From positions 1 to 15,824 of the forward strand of contig JAYWEM010000177.1 in the NCBI GenBank assembly GCA_043779265.1: a stretch of DNA of 15,824 nt. The letters are read 5' to 3'. Below are positions 1 to 7,100 of this stretch, one piece after another. The translations under genes and the position numbers were made by a program. The notes under the pieces are model-generated. The model had not been told where the DNA came from. It saw only the letters and a list, made by a program, of their open reading frames with translations, and made no database searches. The DNA comes from a bacterium (GTDB lineage: Bacteria > Eisenbacteria > RBG-16-71-46). Position 1 is the first letter of the stretch, and each line of letters opens with the position of its first letter.

Positions 1-100
1 GCTGATCGCGTCGATCGCGATGGAGAAGGAACTGCGCTTCGCCATCCGTGAGGGCGGCCGCACCGTCGGTGCCGGCGTCGTCACCGAGATCGTGGAGTAG
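1..100 (+). CDS. tuf: Elongation factor Tu, 3' end (partial, first copy)
   Basis: The frame from base 2 reads [32 protein letters not shown], the conserved EF-Tu C-terminus ([14 protein letters not shown]). TAG at 98-100. Not in the ORF track. Confidence 0.97.
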   Translation, partial: LIASIAMEKELRFAIREGGRTVGAGVVTEIVE

Positions 101-146
101 GTAACAAGGCCCGTTCGGGCGGCCATCGAGCCGCCGGAGAATCATG

Positions 147-296
147 ATGCGCGACCAGATCACTCTCGCCTGCAACGACTGCAAGCGGCGCAACTACATC
201 AAGACCAAGAACAAGCGTCTGCACCCGGACCGGGCGGAGTTCAAGAAATTCTGCCCCACCTGCCGGAAGCACACGCCGCACAAGGAGACGCGGTAG
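147..296 (+). CDS. rpmG: 50S ribosomal protein L33 (zinc-binding C+ form)
   Basis: Manual translation gives [49 protein letters not shown] (49 aa) with two CxxC pairs. GGAG at 136-139. Alternative in-frame ATG at 144. Too short for the ORF track. Confidence 0.95.
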   Translation: MRDQITLACNDCKRRNYIKTKNKRLHPDRAEFKKFCPTCRKHTPHKETR

Positions 297-343
297 GCCC
301 TGTCCTGCTGCACCCGGCTTCGGCTGGGCTCCAGAAGACCGTT

Positions 344-419
344 ACGCCCGTGGCTCAATTGGTAGAGCACCGGTCTCCAAAACCGGGGGTTGGGGGTTCG
401 AGTCCCTCCGGGCGTGCCA
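344..419 (+). tRNA. tRNA-Trp (anticodon CCA)
   Basis: 76-nt cloverleaf. Acceptor ACGCCCG (344-350) pairs with CGGGCGT (409-415). D-arm GCTCAATTGGTAGAGC. Anticodon stem CCGGT/ACCGG with CCA at 377-379. T-loop TTCGAGT, discriminator G416, encoded CCA at 417-419. Usual position before secE. Confidence 0.97.
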
Positions 420-488
420 TCCTTCCGATGGCGGCTCCCTCGGGAGTCCCGCTTTCGGAACGGCCCTAGCGGGCCAGAAGGTGAATGC

Positions 489-680
489 ATGTCAGCCATG
501 GAGCAGTTCCGCGAGTACATGAAGGACGTCCGCGCCGAGTCGGCCAAGGTCAGCTGGCCCACTCGCGAGGAGCTCCGCGACTCCACCGTCGTGGTGATCG
601 TGATGTGTCTCCTCATCATGGGCTTCATCGCGATCGTGGACCGGATCTTCGACTTCGCGGTTCGCCTCCTCTTCGGATGA
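489..680 (+). CDS. secE: Preprotein translocase subunit SecE (single transmembrane form)
   Basis: MSAMEQFREYMKDVRAESAKVSWPTREEL...VVVIVMCLLIMGFIAIVD has the KVxWP motif and one hydrophobic helix. GAAGGTGA at 477-484. Alternative ATG at 498. The ORF-track start at 390 lies inside the tRNA. Confidence 0.93.
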   Translation: MSAMEQFREYMKDVRAESAKVSWPTREELRDSTVVVIVMCLLIMGFIAIVDRIFDFAVRLLFG

Positions 681-750
681 GCGAGATCGATGCTCAGTCG
701 CGTGGCGCCCTCGCTGGCGACCCGCTCTCGAAAGCTCCCATGAGCGAGAT
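677..750 (+). repeat. 11-nt direct repeat ATGAGCGAGAT at 677-687 and 740-750, 63 nt apart (in frame)
   Basis: Exact match read from the sequence; both copies begin with an in-frame ATG of nusG. Confidence 0.8.
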
Positions 751-1273
751 GAAGTGGTACGTGATCCACACGTATTCGGGTCACGAGAACAAAGTGAAGA
801 CGAATCTCGAGAAGGCCATCTCCACGGCGGATCTCCAGGACTCCTTCGGGCAGATCCTGGTGATGACCGAGGACGTGGTCGAGATGAAGGACGGCAAGCG
901 CAAGACGACGCGCAAGAAGACGTTCCCGTCCTATGTCGTGGTCGAGATGAATCTCAACCCCGAAACGCGGTCGCTCGTTCAGAACGTGCCCGGGGTGACG
1001 CGATTCGTGGGATCGGGAACTCGTGAGACGCCGCTCAAGGAGAACGAGGTCAAGCGTCTCCTGGGTCAGTCCGAGGTCGGTAAGACCAAGGCGGCTCCGG
1101 AGGTGACGTTCTCGATCGGTGAGCATGTCCGGATCACCGATGGCCCGTTCAGCGCTTTCACGGGTGTGGTGGATGAAGTGAACAACGAGCGTGGCAAGGT
1201 GAAGGTCATGGTCAGCATCTTCGGCCGTGCGACGCCCGTCGAGCTGGACTTCCTTCAGGTCCAGTCGGTCTGA
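677..1273 (+). CDS. nusG: Transcription termination/antitermination factor NusG
   Basis: KWYVIHTYSGHENKVK N-terminal NGN motif, FPSYVVVEM, and KOW domain GEHVRITDGPFSAFTGVV...VSIFGRATPVELDF. ATG 677 overlaps the secE stop (ATGA). A second possible start is at 740. Confidence 0.96.
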   Translation: MSEIDAQSRGALAGDPLSKAPMSEMKWYVIHTYSGHENKVKTNLEKAISTADLQDSFGQILVMTEDVVEMKDGKRKTTRKKTFPSYVVVEMNLNPETRSLVQNVPGVTRFVGSGTRETPLKENEVKRLLGQSEVGKTKAAPEVTFSIGEHVRITDGPFSAFTGVVDEVNNERGKVKVMVSIFGRATPVELDFLQVQSV

Positions 1274-1310
1274 GAGTCCGGCCGGGTGAACCGGCCGCGA
1301 GGAGAGCAAG

Positions 1311-1736
1311 ATGGCAAAGCCAGTCACCGCCTTGGTGAAGTTGCAGTGCAACGCTGGCGCCGCGACGCCGGCGCCGCCCGTGGGTCCTGCCCTCGGCCAG
1401 CACGGCATCAACATCATGGACTTCTGCAAGCAGTTCAACGCCCGCACCGAGGCGCAGCGTGGCCTGGTGATTCCGGTCGTCATCACGGTCTATAGCGACC
1501 GTTCATTCACGTTCATCACCAAGACGCCGCCTGCCGCGATCCTTCTCAAGAAGGCCGCGGGGCTCGAGAAGGCTTCGGGTGTGCCCAACCGCAACAAGGT
1601 GGGCAAGGTCACGCGTGTGCAGGTGCGTGAGATCGCGACGCTCAAGGCGCCGGATCTCAACTCGGCCACGGTCGAAGCAGCTGAACGCATGGTGATGGGC
1701 ACGGCTCGGAGCATGGGTATCGAAATCGCCGACTGA
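1311..1736 (+). CDS. rplK: 50S ribosomal protein L11
   Basis: [30 protein letters not shown] and GTARSMGI motifs; 141 aa; GAGGAG RBS upstream. Confidence 0.98.
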   Translation: MAKPVTALVKLQCNAGAATPAPPVGPALGQHGINIMDFCKQFNARTEAQRGLVIPVVITVYSDRSFTFITKTPPAAILLKKAAGLEKASGVPNRNKVGKVTRVQVREIATLKAPDLNSATVEAAERMVMGTARSMGIEIAD

Positions 1737-1739
1737 GGC

Positions 1740-2094
1740 GATGCGCGCGCAGGCCGCTGGTTTGTCTGCACACGAAGGCGAAAGGCGGCAACGGCGCGAG
1801 ACGCCGATGAAGCCCGAGCCGGGTACCGGGGTGACCCGGCACCAGGAGGAAGGAACCGCGATGGTCCGAATGGACAAGGAGTCGGCGGAGAAGGCGTTTG
1901 CCGGGAAGTCACCGCGCGAGATCTATGACTTCGTGCGCGCGATGATCGAGAAGGCCCCGGATGCCAAGATCAACGATCTGTTCGAGACGCTCGACTGGGT
2001 CGTGGCGAATGGTTTCGCCACGGCTGAGGAGCTCGAGGCAGTCGAAGAAGAGGGCGCTTAGGCCTCTGCCGTCTGCAGCACAGGCGCACGCATC
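1740..2094. repeat. Imperfect inverted and direct repeats bracketing the 66-aa ORF
   Basis: Inverted pair: GATGCGCGCGC (1740-1750) and GCGCACGCATC (2084-2094), 10/11 complementary. Direct pair: AGGCCGCTGGTTTGTCTGCACAC (1751-1773) and AGGCCTCTGCCGTCTGCAGCAC (2060-2081). Confidence 0.45.
1861..2061 (+). CDS. Hypothetical small acidic protein (66 aa) between rplK and rplA
   Basis: AGGAGGAAGGA at 1844-1854 precedes ATG 1861. Sequence MVRMDKESAEKAFAGKSPREIYDFVRAMIEKAPDAKINDLFETLDWVVANGFATAEELEAVEEEGA*. Codons mostly end in G/C like the neighbours, and the composition looks like amphipathic helices, unlike the Arg/Pro-rich spurious ORFs. I do not recognise the family. Confidence 0.75.
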   Translation: MVRMDKESAEKAFAGKSPREIYDFVRAMIEKAPDAKINDLFETLDWVVANGFATAEELEAVEEEGA

Positions 2095-2155
2095 AAGGTG
2101 TCACGCGCGCCGCTGGAGGGGATTCCCTCCGGGTATGGACACCATGGGAACAGCA

Positions 2156-2198
2156 CGTGGGAGTGGCGGCGAACCCGCCACGTTGGAACCACGGGAGG
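2156..2198 (+). promoter_or_regulatory. Ribosomal protein L1-binding translational operator upstream of rplA
   Basis: CGTGG (2156-2160) pairs with CCACG (2189-2193). An asymmetric internal loop carries the GTGGGAG...AACCAC pattern, and the apical stem is GTGGCGG/CCGCCAC. It abuts the GGAGG RBS (2194-2198). This matches the L1 operator architecture found between rplK and rplA in many non-enteric bacteria. Confidence 0.8.
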
Positions 2199-2202
2199 AT
2201 GC

Positions 2203-2910
2203 ATGCCGAAGAACGGGAAGCGGTATCGCGCCGCGTTCGAACTCGCGAGCAAAGCGGGTGTCGTCAAGCAGTTGGCTGACGCCATCAAGCTCGTGAAGGA
2301 GACCGCTCGCGCGAAGTTCGACGAGACGATCGTGATCTCGTCGCACCTCGGCGTCGACCCTCGCCACGCGGATCAGTTGGTTCGTGGCACGGTCGTTCTG
2401 CCGCACGGCACAGGCAAGAGCCTGCGCGTGCTGGTGCTCGCGAAGGGTGACAAGGTGAAGGAGGCTCTGGACGCCGGCGCCGACTTCGCGGGAGCTGAGG
2501 ACTTCGTCAAGAAGATCCAGGAAGGGTGGCTCGACATCGATGCCATCGTCGCCACGCCCGACATGATGGGCGAGGTCGGCAAACTGGGTCGAGTTCTGGG
2601 ACCGCGCGGTCTCATGCCGAATCCGAAGAGCGGAACGGTCACCTTCGATGTCGTGAAGGCCGTGACCGAGCTCAAGGCCGGCAAGATCGAGTTCCGCGTG
2701 GACAAGGGCGCCAATGTGCATGCGCCGGTCGGCAAAGCGTCTTTCTCCGAGGACAAGCTCCTCGAGAATGCGCGCGCCTACCTGCGTGAGCTGATGCGTT
2801 CGAGGCCGTCCGCGGCCAAGGGCGCCTACATGAAGAGCCTGACCATCAGTTCGACGATGGGGCCGGCCATCACCCTCGACCCGACGGCCGCCACGGCCGA
2901 CCTGGTCTAG
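2203..2910 (+). CDS. rplA: 50S ribosomal protein L1
   Basis: MPKNGKRY...AKFDETI...[24 protein letters not shown]...[16 protein letters not shown]. Start placed at ATG 2203 after GGAGG; 235 aa. Confidence 0.98.
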   Translation: MPKNGKRYRAAFELASKAGVVKQLADAIKLVKETARAKFDETIVISSHLGVDPRHADQLVRGTVVLPHGTGKSLRVLVLAKGDKVKEALDAGADFAGAEDFVKKIQEGWLDIDAIVATPDMMGEVGKLGRVLGPRGLMPNPKSGTVTFDVVKAVTELKAGKIEFRVDKGANVHAPVGKASFSEDKLLENARAYLRELMRSRPSAAKGAYMKSLTISSTMGPAITLDPTAATADLV

Positions 2911-2923
2911 GAGGAGAACCACG

Positions 2924-3448
2924 ATGCCGACCCCAGAGAAAGAACTGACGATCCAGGCCGCGCAGAAGCGGCTGGATGGCGTGACCGGGATCTACCTCGC
3001 GGACTTCACCGGTATGACGGTGGAGAAGCTGTCGCTGCTGCGCACGCGCTGCCGCGAACAGGGGATCCAGTTCCATGTCATCAAGAACACGCTGCTGAAG
3101 CGCGCCTTCAACAGCAACGGCATCACGGCTCTGGATGACCATCTCGTCGGACCGACGGGTGTGGTGTTCAGCGCGGCGAGTGCGACGTCCCCGGCGAAGG
3201 TGCTGGCCGACTTCGCCAAGGAGCACGAGAGGCCCCGTATCAAGGCCGCGATCGTCGATGGCAAGTTCTTCGACGACAAGGCGATCAAGGTGCTGGCCTC
3301 GCTCCCGAGTCGCGAAGTGCTGCTGTCGCAGGTGCTGGCCACGTTCATCGCGCCGATGACCCAGTTCCTCGCATTGGTCAACGCGACGCTGGCGACGCCC
3401 GCCAACATGGCGGACGCGCTGCATCGCGAACGATCCAAGTCCTCCTGA
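2924..3448 (+). CDS. rplJ: 50S ribosomal protein L10
   Basis: ADFTGMTVEKLSLLR, VIKNTLLKRA, LVGPTGVVF and LASLPSREVLL motifs; AGGAGGAG RBS overlapping the rplA stop; 174 aa. Confidence 0.96.
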   Translation: MPTPEKELTIQAAQKRLDGVTGIYLADFTGMTVEKLSLLRTRCREQGIQFHVIKNTLLKRAFNSNGITALDDHLVGPTGVVFSAASATSPAKVLADFAKEHERPRIKAAIVDGKFFDDKAIKVLASLPSREVLLSQVLATFIAPMTQFLALVNATLATPANMADALHRERSKSS

Positions 3449-3530
3449 ACCTGACTTCCCGGGCCCTCGGGCCCGCCCTCGATGTCCCTACCCCGCCGGA
3501 AACGGCGATTGAATAAGGAGAATCACCACC

Positions 3531-3908
3531 ATGTCGACCACGATCGATCAGGTGCTCGACCTCATCGGCAACATGACGGTGCTCGAGCTCTCTGAGCTGA
3601 AGACGAAGTTCGAGGACAAGTTCGGTGTCACGGCTGCTGCCCCGATGATGGCGATGCCCATGGGCGGCGGCGGCGGCGCTGCCGCGGTTGAGGAGCAGAC
3701 GGAGTTCACGGTCGTCCTCTTGGCTGCCGGCGACAAGAAGATCCAGGTCATCAAGGTCGTCCGCGAGTTGACGGGTCTGGGCCTCAAGGAGGCGAAGGAC
3801 CTGGTGGACGGCGCGCCGAAGAACGTGAAGGAAGGCGTCAGCAAGGATGATGCTGCCAAGATGAAGGCCTCGCTCGAGGAGCAGGGCGCCAGCGTCGAGA
3901 TCAAGTGA
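3531..3908 (+). CDS. rplL: 50S ribosomal protein L7/L12
   Basis: MTVLELSEL...FGVTAAAP, Gly/Ala hinge, [47 protein letters not shown]. Confidence 0.98.
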   Translation: MSTTIDQVLDLIGNMTVLELSELKTKFEDKFGVTAAAPMMAMPMGGGGGAAAVEEQTEFTVVLLAAGDKKIQVIKVVRELTGLGLKEAKDLVDGAPKNVKEGVSKDDAAKMKASLEEQGASVEIK

Positions 3909-3922
3909 TCCGATTTGTCTCC

Positions 3923-4149
3923 TGACCTCACTGTCGTCGCGAACCCGGGTCCCCACGAGGGAGCCGGGGTCGCGGCGTCGGAGGCGGGAACGGATCTCCG
4001 GGACCGATCGTCGTCGGTCCTTCGCAGAGCGGCGGGGCCCGCAGCCGCGGTGACCCCCGTGTACCGAGCAGCCGCACCGTCCACCCACGGTGCGATCGAG
4101 GTCACGTAGAGCCCACGCAGTCCAAGCGCGCCTCATCGGTGAGCGCGCT
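3923..4149 (+). promoter_or_regulatory. Putative structured RNA in the rplL-rpoB spacer (possible rpoB leader or processing site)
   Basis: Closing helix TGACCTC (3923-3929)/GAGGTCA (4098-4104) encloses several hairpins, including GGACCGA/TCGGTCC (4001-4020) and CGCACCGT/ACGGTGCG (4073-4094). A further hairpin at 4125-4149 sits before the RBS. Pairings were found by eye only. Confidence 0.4.
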
Positions 4150-4169
4150 CGCAGAAAGGCGGAACGGCT

Positions 4170-7100
4170 TTGAAGACAGCACGCCGCAAAGAGCGGAAGA
4201 GCTTCTCGAAGATCAATCAGGAGTGGGACCTCGAGATCCCGAATCTGCTGGAAGTCCAGCTCAAGAGCTTCCGGGACTTCCTCCAGCTGGAGGCGGATCC
4301 GATCCGCCGCCGCATGGAAGGCCTCCAGGAGGTGTTCCATGGAGTGTTCCCGATCGACGACACGCGCGGGCTCTTCTCGCTCGAGTACGTCGCCTACGAG
4401 ATCGGCGACCCCAAGTACACGATGCAGGAGTGCATCGAACGTGACCTCTCGTTCTCGGCGCCCCTCAAGGCGCGCCTCCGCCTGATCTCCCGCGAGGAGG
4501 TCGATGGCGTCAAGCGCGACAAGGACGTGATCGAGCAGGAGGTGTACCTGGGCGAACTGCCGCTCATCACCGAGAGCGGCACATTCATCATCAATGGAGC
4601 GGAGCGCGTCATCGTCTCGCAGCTCCACCGTTCGCCTGGCGTGTTCTTCGACGAACTCACGCACCCGAACGGCAAGCAGCTCTACACCGCGCGCATCATC
4701 CCGTACCGCGGCTCCTGGGTGGAGTTCAGCCTCGACGTCAACGACATCATGTATGTGCACATCGACCGCAAGCGCAAGCTCCCGGTCACGGTGCTGCTGC
4801 GCGCCCTCGGCTTCGTGGGTGACGGCGAGATCCTGCGCCTCTTCTACGAGGAGGAGGGGATCGACGTGCGCGGCAAGAAGGCGGAGACCGCCCTCGGCCG
4901 CGTGTGCGCCCAGGACCTGATGGACGAGTCGACGGGCGAGATCCTGCTCGAGGCCAACGAGGAGATCACGGCCGAGAAGGTCGAGATGCTCAAGAAGGGC
5001 GGACTCGCGCAGCTGCAGGTGTTCGTGATCCCGCACCAGGACGATGCCGACGTCGTCCGCAACACGCTGCGCAAGGATCAGACGAAGACGCAGGAGGATG
5101 CGCTGCACCGCATCTACAACCTGCTGCGTCCGGGCGAGCCGCCGCGGGCCGACTCGGCGCGCGAGATCCTCAACAAGCTGTTCTTCAACCCCAAGCGCTA
5201 CGACTTGGCGCGCGTCGGCCGCTACAAGCTCAACCAGAAGCTGCCGCACGATGCGCTGCTGCCGGATCGTGACTTCCGCAAGCGCCTCGGCCTCGGCATC
5301 CCCGGTCTCGAGCACACGACGCTGTGCCGTGAGGACTTCATCGTCATCGTGAAGTACCTGCTGCTCCTGCGCACCGGTGGCGCTCTCGTCACCGGCCGCG
5401 GCGACGAGCCGGCGATCACGGACGATATCGATCACCTCGGTAACCGTCGCGTGCGCTCGGTGGGCGAGCTGCTGGCGAACCAGTTCAACATCGGACTGGC
5501 GCGCATGGCCCGCATCATCCGTGAGCGCATGTCGCTCCAGGATCAGGAGCAGATCACACCGACGGACCTCGTGAACTCGCGCACCATCTCGGCCGTGATC
5601 CAGAGCTTCTTCGGATCGAGCCAGTTGTCGCAGTTCATGGATCAGACGAACCCGCTGGCGGAGCTGACGAACAAGCGCCGCCTCTCGGCGCTCGGACCGG
5701 GCGGCCTCACGCGCGACCGGGCCGGCTTCGAGGTGCGTGACGTTCACTACACGCACTACGGCCGTGTCTGCCCGATCGAGACGCCGGAAGGTCCGAACAT
5801 CGGTCTGATCTCGTCGCTCTCGACGTACGCCAAGGTCAACGAGTTCGGCTTCCTCGAGACGCCGTACTTCCGTGTCCAGAAGGGGCAGGTCGATCGCAAG
5901 CGTCCCGAGTTCCTCGCGGCCGACGTCGAGGACCGTGCGCGCATCGCGCCGGCCAACACGCCGTTCGACAAGTCCTCGGGCAAGCTGGGCGAGCCGATGC
6001 TCACCGTGCGGTATCGCGGTGAGTACCCGACCGTCGACCAGAACGAAGTCGAGTACATGGACGTGTCGCCGATCCAGCTGGTCTCACCGGCCGCGGCGCT
6101 CATCCCGTTCCTCGAGCACGACGACGCCAACCGTGCGTTGATGGGCTCGAACATGCAGCGTCAGGCGGTGCCGCTCCTGGTGACGGAGGCTCCGCTCGTC
6201 GGGACCGGCCTCGAGGACAAGGTGGCGCAGGACTCGGGTGCGCTCGTGTTGGCGCGTCGCAAGGGCGTCGTCGAGTTCGTCTCGGGCGAGATGATCGCCG
6301 TGCGCTACGAGCGCGACGAGAACGAGCCGCCGGTGGACTATAGCGAGCACCAGAACCTCGACCTCTATCGCCTCACCAAGTTCCGCCGCTCGAATCAGGA
6401 CACGTGCCTGAACCAGCGCCCGGTGGTGATCGAGGGTCAGAAGCTCAAGAAGGGTCAGGTCATCGCCGACGGTCCAGCCACCCGTGACGGGGAGCTGGCA
6501 CTCGGGCGCAACGTGCTCTCGGCGTTCATGCCGTGGGCCGGCTACAACTACGAGGACGCCATCCTGGTGAGCGAGAAGCTCATCCAGAACGACGTCTTCA
6601 CCTCGATCCACATCGAGGAGTTCGAGCTGCAGGTACGCGACACCAAGCGCGGGGTCGAGGAGATCACGCGCGAGATCCCGAACGTCTCCGAGGAAGCGGT
6701 CAAGCACCTCGACGAGGAGGGCATCATCCGCATCGGTGCCAAGGTCCGTCAGGGCGACATCCTCGTGGGCAAGGTGACGCCGAAGGGCGAGCAGGAGCTG
6801 AGCCCGGAGGAGCGCCTGCTCAAGGCGATCTTCGGCGACAAGGCCGGCGACGTCCGTGACGCTTCGCTCAAGGCGCCTCCCGGCATGGATGGCATCGTCA
6901 TCGACATCAAGGTCTTCTCGCGCCGCGAGAAGGACGAGACCACCAAGCAGCAGGAGAAGAAGAAGATCGAGAAGCTGCGCCGCGAGTCCAAGAAGGAGCG
7001 CGAGCGTGTGGCCGATGTGCGCGTGGCGACGATCCGCGAGACGCTCGACGGTCTGTTCGTGAACGTGCTGAAGAGCGCCTCGACTGGCGACCCGCTCGCC

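Noticed and set aside
8..16. EF-Tu reads LIASIAME where LIxPIAME is usual (TCG versus CCG)
   Set aside because: It is a single-base difference at the window edge in a repeated gene and cannot be told apart from a read error.
313..328. CCCGGC-TTCG-GCTGGG hairpin after rpmG as an intrinsic terminator
   Set aside because: No U-tract follows. It is more likely an ordinary stability or processing hairpin before the tRNA.
1775..1815. Hammerhead-like words (CGAAA ... CCGATGA) and a c-di-GMP riboswitch-like GGCAA in the rplK downstream spacer
   Set aside because: There is no CUGANGA core, stem III or cleavage triplet, and the c-di-GMP-I two-stem architecture is not present.
1741..1860. 40-aa N-terminal extension of the unknown ORF (track start 1741)
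   Set aside because: It lacks a well-spaced RBS, is low-complexity and overlaps hairpins. The strong RBS points to ATG 1861.
2098..2202. Upstream starts in the ORF track for rplA (2098), nusG (485), secE (390) and fusA (13495)
   Set aside because: These extensions run through the L1 operator, secE, the tRNA or spacer hairpins. Family N-termini and RBS positions support the later starts.
3915..4109. 64-aa ORF in the rplL-rpoB spacer as a leader peptide
   Set aside because: It has a TTG start with no RBS and an Ala/Pro/Arg-rich composition typical of GC-rich non-coding DNA.
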